Of a stretch of 64,000 nucleotides of DNA, positions 48,446 to 59,705 are shown in pieces. Origin of the DNA: an uncultured Ruminiclostridium sp. (GTDB taxonomy: Bacteria > Bacillota > Clostridia > Oscillospirales > Ruminococcaceae); NCBI GenBank assembly GCA_964456025.1, contig CAYVZH010000010.1:349-64348 (forward strand), in the 5' to 3' direction. Both the position numbers and the translations under genes were made by a program. Position 1 is the first letter of the stretch. Each line of letters opens with the position of its first letter. Under the pieces are notes generated by a model. That model searched no databases and was not told where the DNA came from. It saw only the letters and a program-made list of their open reading frames with translations.

Positions 48446-51400
48446 TCACTCAACCGCACGAAACTCCGTTTTTTCGCCCGTGGCGAGATCGACGGTCATG
48501 ATCATGTGATCGGTCACGGCGTAAAGGATCCCGTCCCGGATCGCGGCAACCCGATCCTTCGACTGAATGTCATAAAAAGACAGCTCCGCCGCTTTTTCGA
48601 GAAATGAGCCGTTATCGGCAAAGCAGACAAAGCGCTCAATCTCGGAAATCCCGTCAAAGGCGACATACGAGACCGCCGCGTATTTTCCGTCCTCGCTTAC
48701 GGCGATCCGCTCGCTGTTTTCTTCGGCGTCGCCCGAGAGATAGCGCGCGTATTCGGGCGCGGTTTTTTCATCAACCCCGATCCGCGCCGAACGCAGAACC
48801 GAAAGCCCGTTCTCCTTGTCATAGCCGTAAACCGAGAGCAGGAGCGCGGTTCGTTTCCCGTCCGCGTCCGACTCGGCGGAAAGCCCGATCAGGTTTTCGC
48901 CGAAGCCCGAAAGCTTTTCATAATAAACCGCGTTCGGGTTCGCTTCCGCCGCCATAGGCTCCTCCCCCGTAAAATCAACACAGTAGAGCTTTGTCTCACT
49001 CTCCGTTTCGGTCACAATATACGCGATTCCGTCGAGATAGCTCACCCCGCTCAGCCGTTCGCCCGCCGCGAAGCCTTCAAGCCGCACGTAGCCCTCCTCG
49101 GTCTTTTTTTGTGCAATAAGCGTGCCCTCCGCGCTGTTGTACGAAACAATACAGTTCTCCTCCGCGCTCAGGCAGTCCGCGCCGTAGCATTCTCCCCGAA
49201 CCGTTTCCTGCGAGAGAAGCTCGGTACCCGTCCCGATCCGCCGGAGCCGGATCAAATGCGTCGTGTTCCAGTCGGGGAGAAGGAGCGTGATCCGATCCCC
49301 GTCAAACACCGCGTACGTATCATAGCCGCCGAGAACGGCACTTACGCGGGGTTCCCCGCCGCTCACCGTTCCGATCACGGAAAATCCGCCGCATACCGCG
49401 CCGTCGGCGAGCAGGATCTCCTCATACCCGAGCGCTTGCTCCGTTTCCCCGATCCCATAGCGCGGGAAAACCGTATGTCCGCCCGCGGGAGTGACCGACG
49501 TAACGAGGGTAAAAATCCCGTCGCCGATCCAAAGCGCGGAATACCGCCCGTCCTGCCGATATGTTTCGATCGGGGAAAGCGCCTTATCGTACACCTCGAC
49601 CCGTACCGAAGCGCCCTCCTCGTCATAAACGAGGTAGACCCGATCTTCCCGCGCGGTAAAGCCGATGAGACCGCCGTCCGCGCTCAGGGGAAGCTCCGCC
49701 GAAACGCGCGGAGCCTCGGGCGAGAGGGAAACGGCGCGAAGCGCACCCTGCCGCAAAAAATAAAGCGAATCGCCCGCCGCCCGAAAGTCGTCGGTCAGCG
49801 GCTCAGAATACGGCTGTGCGCCCGTCCGATAGGGCAGGAGGATGTTTTTCTGCACGCGGGATTTCATTTCCGACGCCGCGGCGAGCACGTCCGCGTCCGA
49901 CTCGATCGTAACCGTCGGAGATGACGGCACGGGCGCGTCAATTATCTCCTTCTCGGTCGGGAGCACCGTCCCCGTCATCAGGAAGCGGATCCCGAAGCTC
50001 CCCGCGATCAGAAGCACCGCGCATACCGCGCAAAACGCGAGTTTTCCATTATTGACGCCGCGATAATAGACGTCGTCGTCAATGAAAAACTCCTTACCCT
50101 TGTATTTTTCGCGGCGAGGCTTTTCGGCTTCCTCGTCGTCGCCGAGGTCGGGAACCGTCGGGCGGAACACCTCCGGAGCAGGCGCGTCCGGCTTTTTCCG
50201 CGGCGCGGGCTTTTCCTCCTCGCCCGAAAGCTGCCCAAGTACCGCCGTATTGACGGGCGGCGTAAAGGCTCCCGTATTTTCGGGACGGACGACTTTTTTC
50301 TTTTTTGCGGGCTTTTCCTCTTCCTCGCCCGAAAGCCGCCCGATCACCGCCGTATTGACGGGCGGCGTAAAGGCTCCCGTATTTTCGGGACGGGCGCCTT
50401 TTTTATTTTTCGCGGGCTTTTCCTCTTCCTCGCCCGAAAGCCGCCCGATCACCGCCGTATTGACGGGCGGGGTAAAAGGCCCCGTGTTTTCGGGACGGGT
50501 CTCTTTTTTATTTTGTGCAGGCGCGGACTTTTCCGCGTTTTTCTTTGCGGGGAGGGGCTTTTCCGCCGCGGAGGGCTTTTTCCGCTCCACGGTAAAAAGA
50601 CCCGCCTGTTCCGTCTGCCGGCGCTGTTCTTCCTTTTTCTCTTTCCATTCGAGAAGCTCGTTTCTCCGCTTTACGGCGGAAAGAAGCTTATAATAATCCT
50701 CCGAGGTGAGCGGCGAGCTTTCGAGAAGCTCGATCAGCCGTCCCTTCGTCAGATTCGGATTTTCCTGAATCTCGCGGTAAACGTCGTTGCTGATCCGGGT
50801 GTTTCCGATCAGCTGTAAAAATTCCTTCCCCTTGATCCGCTGCGCGCTTATCACGCCGATAAACGTCCTCGCGTCAAGCGGCTTCCCGCCGGAAGCGGAT
50901 TCCGTTTCCGCTGCGGGCTTCGTCTCGTCCGATTTCCCGTCGGGCGCTTCCTTTTCGAGAAGATGTCTGTCTTCGGGGAGCGGCTTTTCTTCGGGGGGCA
51001 GATCCCTTTCGGGCATGGGCGGCTCCGTACGATTCGGTCGGACCTCCGCAGGGACGGGAACGGCAAGCTTTTTCTGTTTTTCCTCCGGGAAACGGATCCC
51101 CTCGATCTCCCGAAGAACCGCCGCCTTCTCCTCGCCGAGCTTTTTCTCCGAATCAATCAGCTTCCGCTCGACCGTTTCGTCCTTCAAGCCCGTAATGACC
51201 GAAATTTCGTGAATATTATAATGGAAGGCATACGACATGGCGCAGACGATCCGATCGAGGCTCGGGAGCTCTGAAAACCGACCTTCTCCGCGCGGCTCGA
51301 CCCCCTCCGCGCGGTATTCCTTGATCCGCGCGACAAGGTGCTTGGTAAGCTCGCGGGAAAGCCACGCCTGTAAATGCGCGCCGTCCCGCATCTGCGCGAT

Positions 51401-51571
51401 CCGGGCATACCCGTCCCGAAAAGCGTTTTTTACCGCTTCCCGCGCGTCCTCGGAACGTCCGAGCGACAGAACGGCAGCCGCGTAAAGCCTGTCCGCCGAA
51501 TCGGCGCAAAGCAGATCATAAGCGGAGCGGTCGCCGTTTTTCGCACACTCCAGTTTTTCCGCAGCCGTCAT
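48446..51571 (-). CDS. Fusion: degenerate ECF sigma-like N-terminus, repeat linker, TM helix, extracellular beta-propeller
   Basis: Sigma2-like DRLYAAA..EDAREAV..AWL and sigma4-like LPSLDRIV..HEISVITG..TVERKL; TM LAFCAVCAVLLIAGSFGI; GERLSGVSYLDGIAYIVT resembles Beta_propel family repeats. Confidence 0.7.
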   Translation of the reverse strand: MTAAEKLECAKNGDRSAYDLLCADSADRLYAAAVLSLGRSEDAREAVKNAFRDGYARIAQMRDGAHLQAWLSRELTKHLVARIKEYRAEGVEPRGEGRFSELPSLDRIVCAMSYAFHYNIHEISVITGLKDETVERKLIDSEKKLGEEKAAVLREIEGIRFPEEKQKKLAVPVPAEVRPNRTEPPMPERDLPPEEKPLPEDRHLLEKEAPDGKSDETKPAAETESASGGKPLDARTFIGVISAQRIKGKEFLQLIGNTRISNDVYREIQENPNLTKGRLIELLESSPLTSEDYYKLLSAVKRRNELLEWKEKKEEQRRQTEQAGLFTVERKKPSAAEKPLPAKKNAEKSAPAQNKKETRPENTGPFTPPVNTAVIGRLSGEEEEKPAKNKKGARPENTGAFTPPVNTAVIGRLSGEEEEKPAKKKKVVRPENTGAFTPPVNTAVLGQLSGEEEKPAPRKKPDAPAPEVFRPTVPDLGDDEEAEKPRREKYKGKEFFIDDDVYYRGVNNGKLAFCAVCAVLLIAGSFGIRFLMTGTVLPTEKEIIDAPVPSSPTVTIESDADVLAAASEMKSRVQKNILLPYRTGAQPYSEPLTDDFRAAGDSLYFLRQGALRAVSLSPEAPRVSAELPLSADGGLIGFTAREDRVYLVYDEEGASVRVEVYDKALSPIETYRQDGRYSALWIGDGIFTLVTSVTPAGGHTVFPRYGIGETEQALGYEEILLADGAVCGGFSVIGTVSGGEPRVSAVLGGYDTYAVFDGDRITLLLPDWNTTHLIRLRRIGTGTELLSQETVRGECYGADCLSAEENCIVSYNSAEGTLIAQKKTEEGYVRLEGFAAGERLSGVSYLDGIAYIVTETESETKLYCVDFTGEEPMAAEANPNAVYYEKLSGFGENLIGLSAESDADGKRTALLLSVYGYDKENGLSVLRSARIGVDEKTAPEYARYLSGDAEENSERIAVSEDGKYAAVSYVAFDGISEIERFVCFADNGSFLEKAAELSFYDIQSKDRVAAIRDGILYAVTDHMIMTVDLATGEKTEFRAVE
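50212..50498 (-). repeat. Three 105-bp coding tandem repeats
   Basis: CGGGACGG anchors at 50281, 50386 and 50491; encodes RPENTG(P/A)FTPPVNTAV(I/L)G(R/Q)LSGEEE. Confidence 0.9.
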
Positions 51572-51752
51572 GCCGTCACTTCCTTTCTTGAATATTACTA
51601 ACATATTATTATAGCATAAATTCGCGAAAAAGGGAAGGTTTTTTTGAATTTTTGTTTCTTTTCGAAAAGGAAAACAGATTTTGGGGAAGGTTATCTTTTG
51701 AGAATAGATTTGTTCCGTTCTCCCAACCGCAAAAGAACCGTCGGAAAAACGC

Positions 51753-51781
51753 TTGACAAAAAAACAAAATCATAGTACAAT
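51753..51781 (+). promoter_or_regulatory. Sigma-A promoter
   Basis: TTGACA-17-TACAAT. Confidence 0.75.
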
Positions 51782-51846
51782 GACTGCGAAAAGAGCTTTA
51801 ATGATAGCATTTGCCATTTACAAACCCGGATCGGAGGCCGCCTTTT

Positions 51847-52731
51847 ATGAAAAAATATCGAATCGCTTCTTTATGCACCTGCCTTTGCCTGCTTCTTTGC
51901 TCCTGTAACGGGGATTCCGGAACGGCTTCTCAACCGTCGGAAACGACTGCCCCAAGCGAAAGCAGTATCACAAGCCTTACAACGGCATCGGAAACGACCG
52001 TCCCGAGCGAAAGCAGTATCACAAGCCTTACCGCCACGGCCGCTCCGACGGACACAAAACCCGTTTCCACAACAGAGGTCCCGTTCTTCTTGGTGGATCA
52101 GACCGTTAAGGAATGCGACCCCATCGACAAAAGCCTGAACTGTGAGGAGATCCTGCTGGATCGGGCGGAAAGCCTGCAAATTCTGATGTGCGATTATTTG
52201 AGCTACGACCGGGAAAGCGTTGTCTATGAGATCGGCGAATGGGACGGGATCGGCTATCCGGTTCTTTCCGATTGGCTCCAAACCTACGACGATTTCAAAA
52301 GCCTGTTTTCCGACAAGATTTACGGGGACTATCTCGACCTGCTCTGTACCTGGAATTGGCGGCTGTCCGAGATCGACGGCAGGCTGTATCGCATCGAACC
52401 GGTAGGCGTTGGCGCCTATATCGGCACCTTTGAAACATGGTATCTGGGGTGTGAGGTCACCGACGAAAAAATCATCGGGCATTTCGCCCGGCTCGGCGGA
52501 GTGGAGGATATTGGCTTGGACGACCCCGAATACCTGAACGACGAAAGCAATTACAGCTTTTACGACATCACTGTTCAGAATATTGACGGGCAGTATGTTC
52601 TGACCGACTGTAAAGGAGACGATCCGAGAGATTATTACACTCTGCACGGCTGGTGTTACAATGCGGGCAGGGCGGACAGAAGCCTGATCACAAATGAAAA
52701 AGTGAAGCCGCGGGAAGCGGTTTACGATTAA
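51847..52731 (+). CDS. Hypothetical lipoprotein with duplicated Ser/Thr linker
   Basis: Lipobox LCSC; SETT(A/V)PSESSITSLT twice (51-bp repeat at 51937 and 51988). Confidence 0.75.
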   Translation: MKKYRIASLCTCLCLLLCSCNGDSGTASQPSETTAPSESSITSLTTASETTVPSESSITSLTATAAPTDTKPVSTTEVPFFLVDQTVKECDPIDKSLNCEEILLDRAESLQILMCDYLSYDRESVVYEIGEWDGIGYPVLSDWLQTYDDFKSLFSDKIYGDYLDLLCTWNWRLSEIDGRLYRIEPVGVGAYIGTFETWYLGCEVTDEKIIGHFARLGGVEDIGLDDPEYLNDESNYSFYDITVQNIDGQYVLTDCKGDDPRDYYTLHGWCYNAGRADRSLITNEKVKPREAVYD

Positions 52732-52740
52732 AACAACCGA

Positions 52741-52769
52741 AAAAAGGGAGCCTTTCTCAAGGCTCCCTT
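52741..52769. terminator. Bidirectional terminator
   Basis: AAAGGGAGCC/GGCTCCCTTT between convergent genes. Confidence 0.75.
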
Positions 52770-52780
52770 TATTGCATTTC

Positions 52781-54640
52781 TTATTCCGTCCAGGAGTTCG
52801 TATTCTTCCGAACAACAACGACCTTTTCGGGGGTGATCTCGTTCACCGCGAAATCGCTTCCCGCTTTCTCCGGGAAAACGACCGTCCGTTCCGCCCGGTT
52901 CACGAGCGAGTTGGAGTCGATCTCATACACGGTTCCGCCGCTTTGGAAGCAGGTTCTTCCGCCGTCGGTCAGGATCGCGGTATTTTCGTCGATCACAGCG
53001 CCCGAAACAAGCATACCGAGATTCACGTCATAGATAAAGCTTCCGTTTTCGGAAATCAGCCCGAAGCTTTCCAGATCTCTGCCGCGCCGCAGCTTTACCG
53101 TCTTGTCAAACGCCGCAAGCTCGACCAGCCTTCCGTTCGTGCAGTTGAACGAAAACAGCTTTGTGCCGCTCGTAAGCTGTTCCGTCTTTGCGAGGTAGAG
53201 GAGATCGCCCTTTACACCCGCAACCGAAACCGGCCCGTCGCTTTCCACAAGCGGATGGAACTGAAGTCCCGCGCCTTTGGATACCGTGACCTCATAAACA
53301 AAGGAAGTCGTATTCAAAACGGATTTAACATAATACTTATTCGCAAGCGGGGCGTAAACAACGCCGCCAAGTCCGGCTTCGCCGATATTCGTGCTTACGT
53401 CGTAGGTTTTCGCCTCGTTACGGTCAAGATCGATCACGGAAATAATGTTGCGCACGTCGCTGCTGTTGCAGCCCGTAACAATTACCGTGTGCTCATCGCT
53501 GTACGCGATCTTGGGAGTGCCCAGCTCGATCGCCGCGCAGCACTGCGATCCGCCGAATCCGCCGAACGAATAGAGATATGCCGCGCTTTTCGTCAGAACG
53601 ACCGCATTATCCCCGCTTAAATAGGTCTCGAGCGAATTCGGAACATTCAGCTCGTAAAATTCGGTCAGGAGCGACTGTCCCGGATCGGTCACCGCCGAGG
53701 TGATCTCGTTCGCGGGCGTTACCGCTGTTGTTTCCGAAGTTCTTTCGGTTTCATCAGGATCGTCGTATTCCGGCTCGGTAACCTCGGGATCCGTTTCCTC
53801 GGGATCCTCCGGCTCATTGTCCGCAATGATCGGTTCGGGATTCGCCGTTCCAGCGGGCGGAATGAGCGTGCTCGCGCTGTCCGAACCCGATTCGCCAATC
53901 TCGGGCGGTCTCGTATCGGAAGTCGTCCCCGAAGAGGTATCAAAGGAGAAGGGCGTGGTCGTAACCGGCGCGGAAGTCTGCGGAGCCGAAGTCTCCGTAT
54001 CGTTCAGGTCGTCGCCGAGCGGGTCGGGATCCTCGACCGGGAGCGGAATAAAGGTGTCGTCATTGATTTCCGCCGAGCCAAGCTCCGCGAGATATACCTG
54101 TGAAAGATCCTGAATATCCCGATAAAGCGCCGAGGGGGCCGAGATCTTCGCGCCGATGACCGTCCTGTCGCGGTCGTGCGCCGCTTCGTATTCGCGGAGC
54201 GTTTCCTCGCGGAGAACCGCCTGATCCTCCGTATAAAGCGCGTCTACGATGACTTCACCCGTATCCGCGACGGTCGAGAGCGCAACCGCTAGCTCTCCGT
54301 AGCTGATCGGTTCGGAAAAAGTCACGTAAATATCCGAAAGCGCCGCGGCCGCCTGTAAATTGTAATAATTACGCTCCGCTTCCCAAAGCCGCTGCGACGC
54401 GGAAAGCGCGGTATCTTCCGGTACAACAACCGGAGGCCCGGACTGGAAGGAAGAGGTATAACCGACTGCCGCGGCGGTTACCGCGATCGCGGCCGCCGTC
54501 CCCAAGGCGGGCTTCCAGTAATCCGACGCGAACCGCTGCCATGCGGGCTTTTTCGCCTGTTTTAAAGCGTTCTGGCGAATTTTCTCTTCGTCAAGCGCGT
54601 ATCTTGTCATCAGTTCCTTATAAAACTCGTTTTTATTCAA
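52781..54640 (-). CDS. Putative anti-sigma factor (short cytoplasmic N-terminus, TM, large ectodomain with propeller-like C-terminus)
   Basis: Directly downstream of the ECF sigma gene; TM ALGTAAAIAVTAAAVGY; Pro/Thr/Glu linker; TTG start. Confidence 0.6.
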   Translation of the reverse strand: MNKNEFYKELMTRYALDEEKIRQNALKQAKKPAWQRFASDYWKPALGTAAAIAVTAAAVGYTSSFQSGPPVVVPEDTALSASQRLWEAERNYYNLQAAAALSDIYVTFSEPISYGELAVALSTVADTGEVIVDALYTEDQAVLREETLREYEAAHDRDRTVIGAKISAPSALYRDIQDLSQVYLAELGSAEINDDTFIPLPVEDPDPLGDDLNDTETSAPQTSAPVTTTPFSFDTSSGTTSDTRPPEIGESGSDSASTLIPPAGTANPEPIIADNEPEDPEETDPEVTEPEYDDPDETERTSETTAVTPANEITSAVTDPGQSLLTEFYELNVPNSLETYLSGDNAVVLTKSAAYLYSFGGFGGSQCCAAIELGTPKIAYSDEHTVIVTGCNSSDVRNIISVIDLDRNEAKTYDVSTNIGEAGLGGVVYAPLANKYYVKSVLNTTSFVYEVTVSKGAGLQFHPLVESDGPVSVAGVKGDLLYLAKTEQLTSGTKLFSFNCTNGRLVELAAFDKTVKLRRGRDLESFGLISENGSFIYDVNLGMLVSGAVIDENTAILTDGGRTCFQSGGTVYEIDSNSLVNRAERTVVFPEKAGSDFAVNEITPEKVVVVRKNTNSWTE

Positions 54641-54693
54641 GATTACCGACCCTCCTTCCGTGCCGTAATATGTATCCCTATATGATAATAGGT

Positions 54694-55236
54694 TTATATG
54701 TTAAATTTCTTCTTCTGGCGCTCGATCGTCCGATAGAGCTTGTTTTTCACACCCGACAGGCTCAGCCCAAGCTCCTTCGCCACCTCGTCGAGCTTCAGAT
54801 CGCAGACAAAGTGCAGGTAAAAGATCTTTCCCGTAACCGGATCGTCCTTCGCGATGTCGTCGAAGATCTGCTTCGCGAGCATGGAGTTACAGAGAACGTC
54901 CTCGAGGTTCGCCTGTTCGCGGGACATTTCCGCTTCGACGGCGACCATCTGCTCCTCGCTGAAGTCCGCGAAAGAAGAAGTGCCGCTATGCTTACGGACA
55001 AAGCCGAAGTAATTTTTGCACTCGAATTTCGCGATGTTGATCAGAAACGCCTCGGGACTTTCGATATCCTCGAACCCCTTTTTGGCGATCCGCTGATAAA
55101 AGCGGGTAAAGACATTCTGGAGAATATCCTCGGATTCCTGAACGCTGCCGCATTTGCTTACGACATAGCGGGAAACCGACGGAAACGTCTCCTTATAAAC
55201 TTGATTAAAGTAGGCGTCAAGCGTACCGCTGCCCAA
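54694..55236 (-). CDS. ECF RNA polymerase sigma factor
   Basis: SEDILQNVF..EAFLINIAKFEC and KLDEVAKELGLSLSGVKNKLYR; 180 aa. Confidence 0.88.
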   Translation of the reverse strand: MGSGTLDAYFNQVYKETFPSVSRYVVSKCGSVQESEDILQNVFTRFYQRIAKKGFEDIESPEAFLINIAKFECKNYFGFVRKHSGTSSFADFSEEQMVAVEAEMSREQANLEDVLCNSMLAKQIFDDIAKDDPVTGKIFYLHFVCDLKLDEVAKELGLSLSGVKNKLYRTIERQKKKFNI

Positions 55237-55540
55237 AGAGGTTCACCTCGCTTTGCTGCCTTACAATTAGTAGTAGGCATTTTTAGAAAAAAAGTTTCAA
55301 TTTGGCAAAAAAAGCGGGAAGAATTTTTGTGCCAATTTCTGGAAACGCGGATCTCATGCGGAAAGCCGCGTTTCAAAGCCGTCCGCATGGAACGGGTCTT
55401 ATTCCGTGCTTAGTATAGCACAGTTCCCGCGCCTTGACAAGCAAAAATTTATGGAAGAAAATCCGAATTCAACCGTGCGTTACACGCGTTAATATCAAAC
55501 TTCCGCCCCGACGCAGGAGGCGGAAGTACGCAGTAAAAAA

Positions 55541-56548
55541 TCATTCGCCGATCGTGATCGTATCGGGGAAAATGCTCTTGCTTTCTTCCTTATTTAAGAA
55601 AGTCGTGCTTACATAGCCCTGAATGATCGCGCCGTCATTTACGGTAATGGTCGAGGCGCTGATGTCTCCGAATACGACCGCGTCGCTTTTCAGCTCGGCC
55701 TTCCCCGTGATCTCGAGATTCCCCTTGATCTTCCCGTTCACGTTCGCGTATGTGGAGGAGATGTCCCCGATCAGGAGCGTATCCCGCTCCATAAATACAT
55801 TCCCCTTCATCTGAATGTTTCCCTGAACCTGAGAGGTGCGAAGCGCCGCGTTGTTGCAGGCGATGTTCCCCACGACCTTTCCGTTCAGGTTGATGTCCTT
55901 CGTCGTCTCGACGTTCCCCTTGATGTTCCCGTCGATGTTCATGTTCGCGAACGAACGGATATTTCCGTCAACGACCGTGTTCCGCGAAATGACCGTGATC
56001 TCGTTTTCGTCCACGGGCGGATAATTCGCCGTCGAGAAAGAGACGGGCGTCGGCTCGGGGGGAACCGGCTCGGTATTCATGTCCTGCCCGGATCCCGCGT
56101 TCTGCGAGAAAGAGGGATTCTGTCCGAAGCCCGCGTTCTGTCCCGCGGAAGCTTGTCCCATGGGATTCTGCGCGAAGGAAGCCTGTCCCGCGGAGGGATC
56201 CTGTCCGAAGGAGGGCTGCCCTGCGTTTTGAGAAAACGCGGCATTTTGAGAAAACGCGGCATTTTGAGAAAATGCAGTGCCCTGAGAATCGTTGGGGCGG
56301 ATCCCGTCCAGCTCGTCCTGACGACGGTTATACGCCTCCGCCGCTTCCGCCGCGCGGCGCTCGATCTCCTCGAATTCGTCCCGTTCGGGCTCGGCGGGCG
56401 GCTCCTTGATCGCGGCAAATTCGCCCGTATCCGCGGCGTCGACCGCGCTTCTCATTCCGTCTACGGTTGCCTTATCGTTCCGCCGTTCCTCTTTATCGCC
56501 TCCGGTAAGCTCTCTGATCGCTTGTGAAAAATTTTCCTTAATGCCCAT
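55541..56548 (-). CDS. Bactofilin (polymer-forming cytoskeletal) protein with long low-complexity N-terminus
   Basis: TVISRNTVVDGNI..IDGNIKGNV..GDISASTITVNDGAIIQG, apparently two bactofilin-type modules. Confidence 0.85.
   Translation of the reverse strand: MGIKENFSQAIRELTGGDKEERRNDKATVDGMRSAVDAADTGEFAAIKEPPAEPERDEFEEIERRAAEAAEAYNRRQDELDGIRPNDSQGTAFSQNAAFSQNAAFSQNAGQPSFGQDPSAGQASFAQNPMGQASAGQNAGFGQNPSFSQNAGSGQDMNTEPVPPEPTPVSFSTANYPPVDENEITVISRNTVVDGNIRSFANMNIDGNIKGNVETTKDINLNGKVVGNIACNNAALRTSQVQGNIQMKGNVFMERDTLLIGDISSTYANVNGKIKGNLEITGKAELKSDAVVFGDISASTITVNDGAIIQGYVSTTFLNKEESKSIFPDTITIGE
56226..56279. repeat. 18-bp tandem repeat (SQNAAF x3)
   Basis: TTTTGAGAAAACGCGGCA twice plus one diverged copy. 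Confidence 0.85.
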
Positions 56549-56614
56549 TTTCTCCGACCGTTCCTTTCTGATTAGGTCTTTTTTTATGACAGGGTGCGTT
56601 ATGACTTGCTCTGT

Positions 56615-57826
56615 TTAAAATTGAATCGGTTTTACATTTTTTGTAAGCCGATCGAGCTTAAAGCCCCGATCGTCGTTCAAAATCGCTTTGATCAGATCCT
56701 CCAGCACGAGTACGGTATTATAGCCGTTCGCGTGGTCGTGCATCAGGATCACCGCACGGTTCTTTCCCTCGATCTGGTTAAGTACGCCGGTATACATCTC
56801 CGTCCAGGTCGCGCCCGCGGCGTCCCCGCTGTCCACGTTCCAGTCGAAATAGATAAATCCGCGCCGCGTCATTTCGGCGATGATCTCCTTGCGCCATTTC
56901 TCGTTAAAATCGTTTATGCTTCCGCCCGGGAACCGGAACAGCTCACACTTTACGCCCGTCGCCTCATAAACGCGGTCATAGGCAATCTTAAAGTCCTCGA
57001 GGTACGCGTCTACGCTCGCGTAAATTTTCTTATATTCATGCGTCGCCGAGTGGATCCCGATCGTATGTCCCGCGTCCGCGATCTTCTTCAGGCGGGCGTT
57101 GCTCGCCTCGCTTCCGTCGGGGACGACGAAAAATGTCGCCTTGATCCCGTATTTTTCGAGATACAGCAGGATATTTTCGGTATACTTTGAGGGTCCGTCG
57201 TCAAAAGTAAAATATAAGTAATCCATATCCGCGTTATAGACGATGTCTTTCGTCGTGTCGCAGTACAGGTCCGGATAAAGCGCCGTATAGGTGGCGCTTC
57301 CCGAAACGGGGGAGTTTCCGTTATATGAAGTGGTAATAAAAGGCTTCGAGGTCGTCGCCGCGGTAGTCGCGGCGGGGGTTGTCGTTGCCGCCGGCTTCGT
57401 TGTTGCGGTCGTCGTTGTCGTCGGGGACGAAACCGGAGTGGTCGTCCCCGGCGGGGTACCGGTATTCGAGGAGGTCGCGCCGCCCGAATCCTTCGGCACC
57501 GCCATCAGTCCGCCCTCGTTCATCGTCGGGAGGGAATCCTCCTTCGCGAACGAGGCGTAAAGCGCGCCATCGTAATCGCTCACCAGCCGCAGGAACTCTT
57601 CCTTTTCCCGCGAGTCGCGGTAAAACTCGAAAAGGGTCTGCGCCGACGGATCGCCCACATCAACCGCGCCCGAAAGAATCAGCTGCTTCCGAAGCTCGAT
57701 GTTCTCCTCCTCCTTTTTCCCGTTCTCGATCCCGAAAAAGATGTTCAGCCCGATCGAAACAAGAAGGATCAGCAGAGGAACGCCGACGATCAGATGTTTA
57801 AAAAATTTTACACTACCGAAATACAA
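56615..57826 (-). CDS. Membrane-anchored polysaccharide deacetylase (CE4/NodB)
   Basis: YFTFDDGPS, HTIGIHSATH, FRFPGGS, DWNVDSGD, ILMHD. Confidence 0.93.
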   Translation of the reverse strand: MYFGSVKFFKHLIVGVPLLILLVSIGLNIFFGIENGKKEEENIELRKQLILSGAVDVGDPSAQTLFEFYRDSREKEEFLRLVSDYDGALYASFAKEDSLPTMNEGGLMAVPKDSGGATSSNTGTPPGTTTPVSSPTTTTTATTKPAATTTPAATTAATTSKPFITTSYNGNSPVSGSATYTALYPDLYCDTTKDIVYNADMDYLYFTFDDGPSKYTENILLYLEKYGIKATFFVVPDGSEASNARLKKIADAGHTIGIHSATHEYKKIYASVDAYLEDFKIAYDRVYEATGVKCELFRFPGGSINDFNEKWRKEIIAEMTRRGFIYFDWNVDSGDAAGATWTEMYTGVLNQIEGKNRAVILMHDHANGYNTVLVLEDLIKAILNDDRGFKLDRLTKNVKPIQF

Positions 57827-58028
57827 AACAGTCTCCTCCCGATCTAAAGGAGTTAATCCTCCCGCGCGAAAACGCGGGGAAGAAAACCATAGAATGAAAC
57901 CATAAAATAATTCTAAACATAAAGATACACTTTAATAATACTATAAAGCGGCGCGATTGTCAAGTAATTTTCCGAGAAAGGGTCGGATTTTCGGAATTTT
58001 TTTGCGCTTTCCGGACAGAAAATAGTGC

Positions 58029-58057
58029 TTGACAAGCCGCTTTGTGTGTGGTAAAAT
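58029..58057 (+). promoter_or_regulatory. Sigma-A promoter of eno
   Basis: TTGACA-17-TAAAAT with TG extension. Confidence 0.8.
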
Positions 58058-58121
58058 AAGGTTATGGCAATTTTTACCGATACGCAGCAGTTTAAAGAAG
58101 CTTTCTTTAAACTTTCGGTAA

Positions 58122-59480
<1,359 letters not shown>

Positions 59481-59496
59481 GCTTTTCTTAAAAGAA

Positions 59497-59532
59497 CAAA
59501 CGGCGTATCGAAAGCGGTACGCCGTTTTTGTT
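59497..59532 (+). terminator. Intrinsic terminator after eno
   Basis: AAACGGCGTA/TACGCCGTTT stem plus T run. Confidence 0.75.
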
Positions 59533-59705
59533 TTACTTTGGCAGGAGTGCGCCCCACCCTTTTCCGTGGCACGGCGGCTTTTCGGTTGAATCTCCGCCGA
59601 AATGAAACCGCGCGGTTATTGAAAACCGCGCCGGAATCAGGTATAATAGAGATAAAGAAAACGCGGCACGCCTGCCTAATACGAATCTGCGATGAAAACC
59701 GCAGA

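Noticed and set aside
50212-50498. Diversity-generating retroelement template/variable repeat pair
   Set aside because: Differences between units are not adenine-specific and no reverse transcriptase is present.
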